From NCBI GenBank assembly GCA_973895155.1, contig OZ316899.1, positions 3,679,455 through 3,743,454 on the forward strand: a stretch of 64,000 bases of DNA. Reading direction: 5' to 3'. Positions 1-14,230 of this stretch are shown piece by piece. Source of the DNA: Marsupella aquatica. Lineage: Eukaryota > Plantae > Marchantiophyta. Positions within the stretch are counted from its first letter, which is position 1. Each line of letters starts with the position of its first letter. The notes under the pieces were generated by a model that saw nothing but the letters and a program-made list of their open reading frames with translations, was not told where the DNA came from and did not search any database. The translations under genes and the position numbers were made by a program.

Positions 1-1900
1 CAGGCATCGAGCCACTTGAGGGACTGTAGTACAGATGTTATTCACTTGATTCAATGTTTAAGCAGCGATTGACCATTTGCTCACGTTTTCGCTGAATTCT
101 TGGGCCTAATCATTCAGCGATGACTGCGAATCAAGCGCTTGCAGTGTTTTTAAGCTCCTAGATTTTCCAGCTCTACATTGGCTAAACTGACGTATTCCGT
201 TGAAGTCACAAACTTTTTCCGATCCTCCTTTTTTCGTTTAGATTTTGTTGCGGAGCGTCGTCTCAACGTGCCCCCGATTTGTATGATCGCTTTCTAACGT
301 CTTTACAAAATAATTGAGTTAGCACACAAGAATATTCTTAACTTCTTGATGTGTCCATTGAACCTCAGACAGTTGTGTTCTGCTTAGTCGACATCTACAT
401 TGTGCTCGGCGAGGCATTCGTGCCATATCTTGGTAGCCTTAGTAGTACACAACTTCGGCTTGTCACAATATATGCCACGAGAATCTCCCAGGTATGTCCT
501 GAGTATTTTTTCATTTTGCTCTTCCACCTAAAGTGCCTTCCAACAACCCCGTATAGACACTCTCGTCAAATGCTACAACGATAAGAACAAAGGAATACTC
601 TTGGGGAGTATGAGTAGGTTCAAAAGATTATAATATTTGAAATGAGAATGGGTACTGCAACTTCTTTGTAGGTCGATTTGCGGTTTTTCCTCCATTCCAA
701 GAAAAAGATTTATGGTTTGTGATTCCTTGAATATGTACACCGACCTCAGGTGATGATCGTGTGCGAGTAACACAATCTCCATTCTGCAGGCAAGAACGGG
801 CACATCTTTGGAATCAAGAAACTTGTAACCAACTCCAGTTGCTGATCTGATCTAATGTTGAATTCGTTTACTTGTGGTTTCTCTGCGAGCCAGAGGCTTC
901 ATATGTTCACCTTCTTATTATGGATGCAAAGGTTCAAATTGTTATCTTCGAGGATAATCTCGGTCTAGAATGCAATTACAATTATGTAAGAAACTGAATA
1001 GGAAGAACAGAGGATAGACATGAAAAAGTGGCACTTTGGTTATGACAGATTTGCAAATTTTTGAATCTATATTGTGGGAATCAGTTTGCACTTTTAAGTA
1101 CTTGCACACCTTCCTCTTATGGAGACCTCCATGTTATAATAGTCAGGACTCTCTCTTCTGGAGTCTGGCTATAGATCATATTCTTTTCAGTCGCTCTTTT
1201 ATCGAGTCCAGATTATGAAATCTTTTCCACCGTTGAAATGCATATGGTTGAATGCAAGTTGAGGACCTTCTCAGACAACCTGACTTGCTACTAGGCCGTT
1301 TTATCAGGAATGATCCTTTGGAATGTGGACTTGCTCGATCCTTGTAAAAAGTACGGAAACCTATTTTCAAAACTTAGTGTATGACACGATAGGTCGCACT
1401 TGGTCGCACTTGAACCCTTGATCACAAGGACTGAGGACTGAGGTGGAGTATTCAGCAGTCGAGATGGTGCCAGAACCATTAGGAACTTGCCAAATATCGT
1501 GCTTCATTATTGCCTCGCATTTTTGAAGGCTGTCTAGTGGACGGGCCGAGTACAGTACGGGAGCATTTGTAAGATTATGGTCTTACTTCAGCATTGTTGA
1601 CCTTCTTGGTTTCGATGAGAACCTGTTTACCAAGTTTGAGCTCACTACAAGCTGTTCAGACGCAGGAGGTATTTGTGTTAGGTAAGCCCCAGTTTATGGT
1701 TTCCATGAAATGCTGTTGGGGGTTGTAGCATGCGAGCAAACAGGAAAATTTTATAGTGAGAACAGGTCTAGCACTCAAGTCACATCCCTTCATGAAATCA
1801 CTACATTTGGGGAAGTTCTTGGATACCCTGGTTCTATAGCCAGGTTGCTAGCCTTTGGCAAGAATATGGCAAATGTTGTCCAAACACTCTGAACATGCAA
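1..1900 (-). pseudogene. Highly degenerate retroelement pol remnant (Ty3/gypsy-like RT and integrase traces)
   Basis: Minus-strand peptide traces: DIWQVP (~1.48 kb, RT motif A-like), RFPYFLQGSSKSTFQRII (~1.33-1.38 kb, RT motif B-like), LAHDH (~0.76 kb, integrase Zn-finger-like). Many stops and frameshifts. Confidence 0.3.
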
Positions 1901-2059
1901 CAGTGATGTAATCAACATTAAGCCAGCGAGCTAAACCCTGTTTTATTTCAATTATAAAAATCTCTAGAACATTTGTCAGGATTTCTTAAAAGTCCAAGCT
2001 CTCCAAAATTGCATAGGGAAAGGAGCATTTTAATCTACAGTCCCTGCCACTGCCCGGCA

Positions 2060-3800
2060 AACTATTTACCTCACTCATTTTGCTGATGACGAGGCAGGTC
2101 AGGTCAGGTCAGGTTAAGCAATATGTAACAGGGTTTAGGGTTTATATACATTTTCGTGCAGCCCAGCGACTGCAATGCTTGGTCTTTGCGGTCTTTGTAG
2201 TGGTCTTTTTGCCACGAGTGCCCGAAAAAGATCGTCCTGCCATGAAAATACACAGGAACCAACATTACAAAGTAAGTTGATCCCCGTGCCATTCTTCAAA
2301 CGTCACTGCATCGGGAGCCCGGATAGCACTGCAGCCTTCTTCCCGTACTCCCCTCGCATCAACTCCGCCCACCCTTCCTCCCCGTTGTTTAGGGTTCATG
2401 TAGGGTTTACCCTTACCCTATTCCTCGTGGCTACACCAACGGATCAACTCCAATCCTGCCATCCTCCAAATCTCAATTCATCACGACCCCGCATTGTGCG
2501 GCTATCTCACCACGACCCTTGATCGCATCTAACCAGGGCCCCTCATGTTTGTGGTTCCCTTACCATTTGCGGTTCAGGGTTTGCCGTTTACAATTTAGGG
2601 GTTACCCTAGTTTCGTGGTCTTCTTGTCACGAGTGCCCGAAAAAGACCGTCATGCGATGAAAAGTAAATCCATGCACACACCATTCTTCAAGCGTCATTG
2701 CATCGGGAGCCTGGATAGCACTGCGGCCTTCTTCCCGTACTCCCCTCGCATCAACTCTACTCACCCTGTCTTCTACCTCCCCGCTGCACGACTATCGCGT
2801 AGAGCCTCTCCCTGTGCTGCTAGCCTGCTCACACCCGCCCGAATTTAGGGTTCAGGATTTCCCTAAACCCTTACCTTCTTCGTCGTGGCTCCCTCCCCCG
2901 GCCATGCAAACACAAAGGGATGAACTTCGATCCTACTCGTTTGCGGTTCAGGGTTTACCGTTTACAGTTTAGGGTTTACCCTAGTTTCATGGTCTCCTTG
3001 CCACGATTGCCCGAAAAAATACCGTCGTGCCATGAAAATACAAAGTAAATCGATCCCCGCACCATTCTTCAAACGTCATTGCATTGGGAGCCAGTTGGAT
3101 AGCATTGCGGCCCTCTTCCCGTACTCCCCTCGCATCAACTCTGCCCACCCTGCCTTCTATCGCGTAGAGCCTCTCCATACGCGACAAGCGACTGCGTCAC
3201 CTCTGCCTCACCTGGAACTTCACGCACGGGTTTCACCTCTTTCTGGCCAATTCCGTAACACTCACTCATTTCCCCGCAACCCTCAACTCACGTGCAATCC
3301 ATGGGCACAGCACTCTGCTTTCAGAACACGGACACCCTCCACAAAACTATACTAGTTACACTACTAGTGATAGTAGTCCCACCTTGTGTTCCACCTCCCC
3401 GCTGCACGACTAGCGCGTAGAGCCTCTCCCTGTGCTGCTAGCCTACGCCCAAAAGTTTAGGGTTTAGGGTTGCCCGAACCTGGAATTGCCTCAAACTCAA
3501 ACTCCATTCATGGCAGCAAACCACGGCACCACTCAGCCTTCCCTCCTGGCGGTTAGGGTTTTGGTTTTAGGGTTCAGGGTTTTCCTGCAACCCTTACCTT
3601 CTTCGTCAATGGCTCCCTCCCCCGGCCATGCAAACACAAAGGGACGAACTCCGATCCTGGTATTCTCAAAATGTCAACTCATGATCACAACACCCCACAC
3701 AGTGCGGCGATCTCATCACGAGCCCTCATGGCATCAAACCAGGGCACCACTTAGCCTTCCCTCCTTGCTGGGGTTAGGGTTTAGGGTTTTAGGGTGGAAA
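2060..3800. repeat. Composite repeat: three diverged ~170-bp units interleaved with telomere-type TTTAGGG motifs
   Basis: Unit CCCGAAAAA..CCATTCTTCAA(A/G)CGTCA..CCCGTACTCCCCTCGCATCAACTC recurs at ~2220, ~2635 and ~3010. TTTAGGG/TTAGGG runs at ~2070, 2390, 2595, 2845, 2970, 3457 and 3771-3793. Confidence 0.75.
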
Positions 3801-3943
3801 AAGTGTCAAGTTTATTTTCTCACCTCAAAATCTGTTGCTGTACTTTCCAAATGTTTTCTTCTCAACATCTTTTTTTCACTTAGACATGTTTTCTCTCCTC
3901 AAATTTTTTCTCATCTCAACATCTATTTCTCTCCTCGACTTCT

Positions 3944-4180
3944 TTTATCACCTCGACATCTTTTCCTCACCTTGACATCTTTTCGTTCCTTGACATCTTT
4001 TATCACCTTGACATCTTTTCTCTCCTTGACATCTTTTCGCTCCTTGACATCTTTTATCACCTCGACATCTTTTCCTCACCTTGACATCTTTTCTCTCCTT
4101 GACATCTTTTCGCTCCTTGACATCTTTTCTCTTCTTGACATCTTTTATCACCTCGACATCTTTTCTCTCCTCTACATCTT
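3944..4180. repeat. ~18-bp tandem minisatellite (CCTTGACATCTTTT(C/A)TC...), about 13 copies
   Basis: Directly visible repeated TTGACATCTTTT core. It creates the spurious ORFs 3486..4217 and 3948..4283. Confidence 0.9.
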
Positions 4181-4915
4181 TCGTGCAACGCACAGGCATT
4201 GGGCTAGTCATATATAACATTGATACCATACTCTTTTCTATGCACAACCCTCTTTCTATATGCACATATGTTATGGTGGCCATAAAGCGCCTTTTTTAAT
4301 GTAAATAGAAATCATGACAAAAAGCATACATGCCTTAAATCATTTGACATACATCATGGTCATGAGTTTTCCAGTCCACATGATGACTATGGAGTTGCTG
4401 TCTAGAGGCTTCACTCCCAACTCTAGCTTGTACTTGGCGCTTTATAAGTAAGATGCATTCTATCAAAATACCTATCCCTAGAATGTCCTTTTACTAACTA
4501 ATAAAAAAATGGGTTCCAAGTTTACGGTTGGTTTTTAGCACCGTCGTACCCGAACACACCATTTGAAATAAATTTCTGCCAAGGTGCCCTGTAGCCTGCC
4601 CGCACCTGTCCAAGATAAAAATTGGGAATAAAGTTTGACATTTAACTAATATAACTAAAATAGAATTTTTGGACTGTAAGATGTGGTGGCCGATATCTCT
4701 CGTTCTCCAATTTTCTTTGGAGAAAAAAATATATTGTGTTTTGAAGCGTCGGATTATTATTGTTGCAGTAGTGAATAATCGATTAAGGACAAAAATCAAT
4801 AAGGCTAATCAATGCTACTTAGCAATGATTAGCCCGTGCGTACGCCCCTGCTGCCCGCTGTAACCGACAATCTTATTAGGCTAAATACCATATGCGAACA
4901 GCAATGGTCATCACT

Positions 4916-4987
4916 GGGTTAGGGACTCGATGGTAGAGCGTCTGAGTGGGAAGCGACACGTCTAGGGGGTCAAATCCTGGCAAGGCA
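4916..4987 (+). pseudogene. tRNA-like remnant or tRNA-derived SINE head
   Basis: D-arm-like CTC-GATGGTA-GAG (A-box-like) and B-box-like GGTCAAATCC followed by TGGCAAGGCA. The acceptor stem does not pair, so it is not a functional tRNA. Confidence 0.3.
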
Positions 4988-7740
4988 TGATCCTTTTAAC
5001 AATCACCCCACCCAAAATTGGGGTTCATTCAAACACTAGTGACACTTAGAAAAATAGTGTCACCATTGGCGACAAACACGGGCAGCGGGCAGGGAATGTG
5101 GGCAGTCTGGTATGGGAGGCTCTTTATGAGCCTCAAGATTGCTTTTTGTGGTGAATGGCAATCGTTGCCTTGGCTGGACCCTCCCTCCGAAGGCCTCTGC
5201 ACCCTAAAAAGCCACAACTCACCCTTCCTCCGAGCATGGCCCTGACAACCAGCACGCCCCACGTTTGGATTTTGGGACTCCGCCTCAAAGCCCGACTCCT
5301 GCCGCCATGCCTCGACCACGCCTCAGCAGTGCCCAGCATCCCTCGCCCTGCCCCTTGCTTTCCCTCTTTGGCTCCACGTGCTCCTCATCGCACCGTTGCC
5401 TGGACACTACAATATCCCACGCCCATCGACAAGGGAGGGAGCGACAAGACCGCGCTCCCCACCACGGCGCCACACACCTATGAAGAGGGAGGGAGGCTTA
5501 ATTTAATATTATTATTAGGGTGGGAGAGGTCACCACGCAGGACGGCCCTGTGCTGGCAACCGTGAGCTGCCTCACACGACCCCTATGTATAGGGTAATGA
5601 CGGGTTGGTCTTGGGTTACTGGTCTGTAACCCTGTGACCGAAAAGTGAGGAAATACTGACCGGCGGCAGCCGGGAAGTTTTTCTGAGCTTTGTGGGAACA
5701 GGTTTCAGATAGTAACCCCAGCCCAAGCTGTCATTATCATAGATAATATCTGTCCGGAAAAAAGATTACCGAGAACATTTTCCGGGCAGAGGGTTATGGA
5801 AATGGTGGCACCTAGTAGAAAAGGTTACACACCGGTAACCTTGCTTCCTGACAGGAATTACAAAGGAGGGAATGACAAGCAAGGGAGAGACCAAGGAGAC
5901 TGAGAATCAGCATGGATGGGAGAGACAATCAACGACAAGGGAGCCATGATGGAGAGACGATCAACGACAAAGGAGCAACGAGGGAGAGGGAGCGGGGACA
6001 TCCTCCCATACACAGACCCAAAACCCTACTTCCAGAGACAGCCCACACTCCCAGAACCTGAGATATTGGGGTGAAAATAGGGTTTAGGTTTAAACCCTAA
6101 ACTGTTAACCCCCGGGGTTCCATCCCTGACCCCTCTTTGCCCGGGTTCCAACTCCCCGACTCGATTGTACTTCCCACCCAATTTAAGAACTCAAACATGC
6201 ATGGATTGAGGTTCAAGTAGTATATATATATATATATGAGGGGACCTCCCCCTCTCAAACATCCAAGGTGACATAGTGTTGGAGAGTAAAGAAGGAAGTC
6301 CATTCGCCTCCGTCGTCCTCAAAACGTCAACTCATAAGGATCCCGGATAGTGCAGCGGCCTCAGTTGCAACCTCTCATGGCATCATACCATGGCACCATT
6401 CACCCTGCTGGTATTCGTTCCCAACTCAACCCATGCCCTGCTCACCACCACACACCCCCTAGTTTTCAGGCGGGTTTCTCTTTAGTCTTTGTGCAGACAC
6501 CCTCAACTCTAAAGACGCACTTGAGGGAGAGTTTACTGTCCACTAACTGAAAAACCGCGACCGTGTATACCTTAAACCTAAGTAAGCGGACTTTGTCCCT
6601 AAATTTAATTTTGACCCAGGCTATGCGGCTCTTGTGTAGAGCCTCTATTTTGTGCGGCCCGGTACTTACGGACTGATCCAAATACTCGTAAAAAGCATAC
6701 CCAACAGTTTTTGTGTTTGGTGGTTTTAGTCCAAAGAGCACAGTGCAGCAAAATGCCATCGGTGCACCCATGTTGAGAAGCAGCTTATCCACTCGGCCAG
6801 GCAATGCTACCAAGCAAAGTGACTTTGCAATGGTGGGCAGTTATAATCACTCACGCCATCCACCGACAAAAGATTAAAGCATTTTTAGCGTCAACTGCCA
6901 ATAAGGTCAGTTACCGTCCAGCGTCGGCGTCAGCAGGAGACGCACAACACCACACACCACCCCGGGTGCTCAGGTACCACTTGCAGAACCACCATGAACA
7001 ACCTAAAACCACCTTCATGTACATGCCCGATGAGTGGTGCAAAAGGGTTGTGTTCAAGGTAGATAACCCACCAATCCTTGGTTGTTCTTTGTGAATGCGT
7101 AGTCGATGCAAGATGGTGCCAATAAGCTCACTTGTGGGTCGACTACGTTAGTGAAATGCTGTGACATGAATTTCAAGGACAAAAAATGGGAGGCAATCGG
7201 TATTTGACAACAAGTTGGAGATGAGTTTAGAGAATTGCAAACCCCGCGTGGGTTATATGACAAAGCAGATGACTGATGAGTTGGCATTGGAGAAAATGGA
7301 GCTGGACGTACCAACGGGTGAAGGAGCGAGAGTTGATCACCATTCAGCTAGCTGCAACGAAGAAAGGGGACGTTGTAGCTTTAATTAGGGTGAAAGGGAG
7401 AGCATGGCAAGGATGGAGATGTTGGAGTAGGAACAAAAGTTCCATTGGGATGAAGTTCAAGACAAAGGACTCCGCGAGCAGCTGGTGGAGAAGAGTGCTT
7501 ACATTTAATTGCCACGCTCGCGGAGAGTGCAGAGATGAGATAAAGAAAGGGATAAGTAATTGAGGGAAGTACATAGCTGAGAAAGAACTGGTCCAGCAAT
7601 ATGATTAAATTAATATGTTTGGTACAAAGCTTGGGATATTCCAAGTACAGGAGTTGACTAAGGGAGGAGGCTACCACTGCTGCCAAGATACTAGCAGAAG
7701 CGTTGAAAGAGCCGATCAACATAACCAAATAAGTCCAACT

Positions 7741-7889
7741 GGCGAGCATCTATTCCTAGTAGATCAGTCCAGCGGGTGGGTGTTTGGATGACGATCAATT
7801 GAAGCGGATGAGGCAAGGGGTTGGAGACCCTGCACATCATTTTGTTGGGTGTAGGAATTAACAACAAATGCGCCATTTAACCAGAAAAT
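7741..7889 (+). repeat. 149-bp inverted copy of 23668-23816 (5' intron/exon of the ParB-like gene family)
   Basis: GGCGAGCATCTATTCCT..GTGTAGGAATTAACAACAAATGCGCCATTTAACCAGAAAAT matches the reverse complement of 23668-23816. Upstream 7270-7560 looks like coding sequence broken by TAG/TAA/TGA stops. Confidence 0.85.
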
Positions 7890-10800
7890 CTCGACCAGGT
7901 TATGTACATAACGACAATGCGGCACGACATGTACGTGGTCTTCAGTCCTTTCATTTTTACACTACCCACATATATCGCAGTATCCTGCTGTGGGTGGATG
8001 AGTTTTGTACATCTACCAGTCCTCCCCCACGCTAATTAGTCATGAAGCTTGGGAGTATTTTGACAAATTGAAAAGGGATCAATCCTGTCGCTGGTTGTAG
8101 CTTGCCATGGATCGAAGAGCTCACACGAACCAACAAGTTCCCCTTCAATCCGGAGGACGTAGAAAATTACGTGTGGGAGAAGATTGAGAGCCTTCTGGGA
8201 GGTCGTGACTTTGACGTGCCGACAATGCAATTAGATGGTTAGAAGCTAGTGTACATAATTTTAGAGTGTTGGGAAGTGATTTTGGCCCAGCTTGCTAGCC
8301 TTGTTGTATGTCAACAATACGGTCGCCTCCCCATGATTTCTCTATATTTGTTCCAAGTTCCATCCGGTGATAAGTACATGGCATATATATAACAATCAAG
8401 AAAGACGTACCAACATTTGGGGTATTAATTGATATGGCACCACAATCCTGGGACTAGAGTACACACGCCCAGGCTAGACACGATGCAGACCATCTTGCCC
8501 TTAAGCTTCCTTGATGAAATATGGCAGTGTGTTAGGGATGTCCACATATATGCGGCATTGGTGTTACTTAGTATAATGCCAAAGGACCCTCGATCACCAC
8601 ATGAAATGCTACTGTTATTTATGCGTGCACATTGGTACAAACAGTGGACAGATCAGGAAGGGTCGCCAAAGTGGATGTAGGCATGGATGGGGAGAGATGA
8701 ATTAGGGCCGGGTTAATTATGCACAAGACTTAATTTCAGTCAGGCTGGACATTTGCTACCAAGCTTTACAGTTTGCTAATCTTGGCATAAGTTTCCAAAC
8801 CCAATGCTCAGATGGGAAAGTGAGCCCCAACATTAACCAAGGCGCACCTCTACCCCCGCACCCCCCCCCCCCCAACTGCAACACCATTCATATATGATGA
8901 AATGCAGATTGAACAAGAATGAGAAGCAGAGACTTTTGAGGAATATTGGGAAGGAGATGTTCTTGGTGCAGGAGAAACCCCGGGTGAAATTAAACAAACA
9001 AGAGACGCCTTTGTCAGCAAAACGCATGGAGACGTTGCAGGTGGGCGCGCGCAGTTGCATGAATTCATAATTAATGCAATGAACATGAAGTTGGCTTTAA
9101 TGAAGCTTTTGCAACGCAATTTGGTCTCCCATTGATTGAGGCAATCGAGCGTACAATAGTAGAGACAACTGACTACACTTTAAAAACAAAAGTTTAGTAG
9201 AATTCTTGGAGAGGTAAGGAGTAGGTACATTTGTGAAAGTCTGGATTACCAGTAAATTCACCGTAATCCCTCTTTCATAATCGATCCTTACTTGTTGAAT
9301 AGCTAACGAGGGTTGTGTTTGGAGACATCCTGTTTGGACAGTTTAGTCAGTGACGGTGACACTAGCTAGGATGAGGATACCAACGAGTATGCATGCATAG
9401 ATTGGGAAGTTGTTTGTCCCAAGATTCTGGTGTTTTATTTTTTCCACCAATATATTGTTGGTAACCCTTTGCGTTTTTGGAGAGCCTAACGACTGGGTTG
9501 TCTGTGTGAGATTTAGGAGTTCACTGACTATCTGCATTTTGTCATAAAAAGGCTCATAGCATAACCTGGGCGCATAAGGTGTGCCCTCAAAAAAGGCAAG
9601 TTAAAGTATCATAGAGTAGTAGAATTGCATCCTCATAGCCAAACATGACATTCATGCATCAAGGGAGAAATCTAGTCTGGACAAAGTGTCCAGGCCAGCT
9701 TGGGTTGGTTGCTCCCTGTGCTCCACCCCAACGATAGCAGTGGGAAAAGTTTTAGGCCGGGAGAAGTGACTAGATGACATTGATTAATGAACATGAAAAA
9801 TAATGAATGTAATCAAATTGCATCAGGAATGGGAGTGTAATCGGAAGCCCCTTTAATTTCTCAAACAATTGAGATCCTTAATTCTTTGTTAAGCAGGTTG
9901 TTTAAGTTCCCCCCCCCCCCCCCCCATCCCTAAATAGAATTGAAGGATTTAAGGAGACTCTGAATGTCTTGGATGTACATTCATTGAAGATGAAGCTGAG
10001 GAAGTTCATTTAGGCACGCGAGGGACATTGACAAGTACCAAAACATCCCCAAGAGGTAGTACGTAGAATCTTGGAGTACACATGGAGCGCATGTAATGTG
10101 TGCGTCATAACAAAACTAATATATCGGTCAATTCCCGCATGTACTTGAACCATATATGGGGAGCCAGTAATAGCAGCCAAACAAGTAGATTCCCCTCAAT
10201 TGCTTGGTATCATATCACACCAATGATATGCAATTATTAGACGTTGCCATTGCGACTGTAATCATTCTCGATAAGTTGGGAGCAACTTAACAGGGCCGAT
10301 TAATATCATTTAGGGTTTAGAGTACAGGACCCTAAAGCAAACCAATAATAAAACGTACCATTCACACCGTAGGCCACCAAAGGGCTCGAGCACCAAAATA
10401 CCCTGACATGACGGAAACTAGAAGCTCATGATGCAAGATGAAGTGCAGTATGTGATGTAGTGATAGGTGATGCATGCTCCAGATGGATTTGTCATCGTTG
10501 GAGAAGCGTTTTTCAATAATTAATAGTAAACTAGTTTTCAGTGTGAACGTACCGTCCTCATGCAAAATTCAGATTAGCAACTTTGAATCGAGGAACATAT
10601 ATGTGTAATGTAGTCCAGCCATAGTCCATGCATGCCCTGATTTATTTGAATCCACGAACATATATGTGTAATGTAGTCCAGCCATAGTCTATGCCCTATG
10701 ATTGATAACACAAATATAGCAATCGCTCCACCAAGTACACTGTTCTCTCGGCGATGATAAGGGGCAAGCCTGTTAATGAGTTGACCAACCCTTATCAGCA

Positions 10801-11816
10801 AGAGACTATGGAAATTGGTCGCAGCAAAACTCCAACCTGTTATGAATGTCACAAGTTGGATTTAAATTGTGCTGGTGTGGTTTTTGTGCATGGATAGCAT
10901 TCCAATATATAAAAAAGCATCGCCCTTAAACGGTAAACAAGAAACCAAATTGGGGATGACACAAATCATTGTCGGATAAAACAATGGAATATATATATGT
11001 GTTGATGAAGAAGATCAAGGTGAGTTGTAGGGTGTCGCGGACATAGTAATATAGAAATATGTACTGAAAAAAAACATGCAGCTTAGGAGCTACATGGAAA
11101 AATCTTGGCCAATTCACCTTGACAAAAGATCCCTTGCATTGTCGGGTTTAGCTAGGGGTACATGTTCATAAAATGGTTTAACAAACATCGTTATTTTCTT
11201 CAATGGAATGAAAATACCGGTCACATTTCCAAACACACATGGAAACACTGCCAATTGAACTAATTAACTTGCTAGAACGCCTACAGTTTGACGATTGAAT
11301 ATTGGAGGCTGCAATAACTAGTGCAATGAAGTCGACAACACTGAAGAAGTTGTGGCTGTCACCCATTCCTTTCAGGGTTTAGGGGCAGTGCTCACCACGT
11401 AAAGAATAATATTGATAGCCAGCTCAGACAAATACCATCAGCAGCCGTGATCTGAGGACAATTACCCTCCTCAGAACTACTACAATATCAGTGAATTCAT
11501 TAATTCTGGAAATTCTTTTTTCCAAAGTGGCTTGGTAAAAATTCCAAATTAAATAAATACATTATCCAACAACCTTAAATGAAGTTTCCAAAACTTGGAA
11601 CTGGAATTTCTAGAACACTCTTTCAAGTTTTCTAAACACCAGTTGAAATTTCCAAATCCATGTAAAATACATTTTTGGCATACGAATTTGGTGGAGAATA
11701 GTCACATGAGTAATGTCACATTTTCATTGTCAGCCACTAACGGGAACCATACAGAAGTCCATAACAATTGTTTACTTGTAATAGGCCTCCCCTCAATGTT
11801 ACAAGTCTCCAAATTT

Positions 11817-13684
11817 TTAAATAACGATCATTGAATGTGTGTTGCTACAAAACATATTTGAGCAAGTAAGTCTACTTCCTGACTTATCAACCTTTCTATC
11901 TCGGTTGCAAGCGTCTTTAGGATACAAGTTTTTAAACTTAGAAGTACAGTCCCTAGTTTTTAGGACTTCCCAAACAAATTGCCGCTTATTTTGCAAATAT
12001 GGGCCGGAATAACCATCTCCAAGTAGACCTTTAGCAATTGAATTGATGTCACGGTCACTCATATCCTGCACCGGTGGCAAACTTTGCACGGTATGCTTCA
12101 CTTCCCAGGAAATCTCGTTTGCCGTGTGATCAAGGATAGTGAAATTATCGACGATGCCAGCAACACGGTGCCCCCAGGCTTGAGTGAGTCCTGCAAAGAT
12201 ATCACCATGCCTCCTTTGGGCTTCACCCGTATTGTAGGCGGACCATTTTGGGTAGTTAACATTCAGAAAGTGTCTTACATCAAAAGCATTGTGCATTCTT
12301 TGAAGAAGTGGAAGCAATATCTCCATCAGAAAAGTGTCGCCTCCCATGTTGTGAACAAATGGAACTAGAAACAACGTGTTAACATTTGGATTCACGAAAC
12401 ACTTTAGAGGAGAGTCATCGATGAGAACAGTATTTGTCGGACCATATCTATTGCCAAAACGATCCCAAACAGTTTGGATTTCCTTGAGAAGTATGTTTGC
12501 CTTCCCATCCGTAATATCTAACCTAAAAAAGCCAGTGTCAAACGTTTCTTCTTGGGTGAATACAAACTTGAATTGCTTTCATTCAGCATCATTGAAAACA
12601 AGATCCATCATTTCATTTGTTCTCGGCCTTCCTGCGCCGTAGAATCCGACATCTTGGAAATCCTCCACAAAGTGAATTCCCGGAATGTTGTCGAAAGAAG
12701 CAATTGACGGCACCCGGAATGTTGTCCATGTCAACTGTTTTGCTTCTTTCGATTTTCCTGTCATTTGTCCGGTTGAATCCAAAAGATTACCCTTGAGCCA
12801 ATTATTGCAAACCTCTCTCAATAAAGAGTAGAGCTTCTCGGGAGCAAACAAAATCCAATTGTACTCGCTGATGCTATTCACCTTTAATGTAACTTTCGCA
12901 AGTGTTTCATACTCCTGGGAGGAAAGACCAAACAACTCAAAGTTAGCCCAAAATACTGGAAAGGCTCTACACGACTCTCGCGTAGAAAGGAGAGAAGGAC
13001 AAAGTGTCTGAATTTTGTTCACAACTCTCATGGAGAACCTACCTGAAATTCTGGAGATTTCCGACCCGATGGAAGTGGACGAGCTGGTCGCCCCATATCA
13101 TTGTATTGCATTCTTGCATGTTTCACTTGATCAATAAATGGAGATGAAAACCGATGTGCCTCCGCCTGAAGGTTGTTCGCGTGTGAAATTTCCACAAGAA
13201 CTTTCACCGGAGTTGACCCTTTGAGAATTTGCGCTCGACGATATTTGAGTAAATTGGCTGTTTGCATGAGAGATGGTTGGGTCTTTGAACTTCGGATAAT
13301 TTTCTTGGCGGCCATTGTGGAATGCTGACCACTGATGGTAAAGAACTTGAATTCCGCAAGCTTCTTGGTGTCAATATCCTTTCCCACAAGGTCAATTAAA
13401 CTCGGTACTCCGTCGATCATCTTGTAAGGAACCAAATCTGCAGGTAAAGATTCTTGCCCTGCATTTGTCATCATCAGTTGCGCAAGATGGTTGACATGCT
13501 CCTCATTGAGGAGTCTCTCATTCATCTTTGCAGGAGGGGGATGGATGTTTTCAACCGAGATAGAAAAAAATTTGGATATCCCGAAACAATACCAAGACTT
13601 ATTCAACTCCAATGTTTTTTCTGCAATCTCCAATCGAGCACGGTCGACAACTAGCTTTGTGGAACTAAGGTTCTCGTCAATATC
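11817..13684 (-). pseudogene. 3' part of a ParB/Srx-like domain + FCP1/NIF-like (HAD phosphatase-like) gene, interrupted by the CACTA element
   Basis: ORF 13028..13687 has NERLLNEEHVNHLAQLMMTN...FFTISGQHSTMAAKKI (ParB/Srx-like; SGQHS at 13319-13333). 13031-11817 is one frame with a single internal TGA (12579) and contains NTVLIDDSPLKCFVNPN..DTFL..LLPLLQRM..AFDVRHFL, resembling the C-terminal half of NIF/FCP1-like phosphatases. Confidence 0.6.
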
Positions 13685-13699
13685 CACTAGTACATTTTT

Positions 13700-14230
13700 G
13701 ACGACTTTCCGATACTCAAAATGCGACTATTTTGTTATGTCCAAACCCGAGAGTCTCGGACGTTGTCCGATACAAATACCTTCATAATGTCTGATGTGCA
13801 CCGCATCGGATTTAGTTAGTCCGATGTGTTCCCTAACGCAACCAATATCCCATATCGGTTACATCGGAACATTTCCAAACTAAATGAATCAGACATTTGA
13901 CCAGAAAAGTATTGTCAAGGGTCCGATCTTCAGGTTATCGGATACAATGTGCGTTAGAGACAACATCGGATATTTTCCGATGTTTATTCCAATGGACATG
14001 GTTTTCGTAATAGAATACTATGGACATAAATTGCGTAAGGTAAAGAATCAGAAACATTTCCGAAGTGGTCAATATCGGACCCCTCTGTTGGAACATTGGA
14101 CGAGGGGTCCGATGTTTCCAATATCGGATGTGAGTGTTCCAATAGTTGTGATATCAGACAATTGCTACAATTGAGCCTTTTGTGCTCCGATGCATATCCG
14201 ATGCAAGTTTCATCGGATAGACCATTGGAC
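13700..14230. repeat. Left subterminal array of ATCGGA/TCCGAT motifs of the CACTA element
   Basis: Many direct and inverted (C)ATCGGA(C/T) and TCCGAT copies. Confidence 0.85.

Noticed and set aside
2987-3187. LYFHGT as an ADP-ribosyltransferase motif
   Set aside because: A six-residue match in a short ORF within a non-coding repeat, with no other ART motifs.
3486-4283. 243-aa and 111-aa ORFs as genes
   Set aside because: They are by-products of the stop-free 18-bp minisatellite and telomere-like repeats.
4380-4450. PPR-like peptide MELLSRGFTPNSSLY
   Set aside because: A single partial motif with no array or ORF context.
5000-11500. Scattered short ORFs, poly-C runs and small duplications (e.g. 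10595-10690)
   Set aside because: No motifs, termini or TSDs I could support; probably decayed repeats.
11817-13687. ParB/FCP1-like gene as cargo of the CACTA element
   Set aside because: The CACTA TIR and TSD fall inside its reading frame, so it is the insertion target, not cargo.
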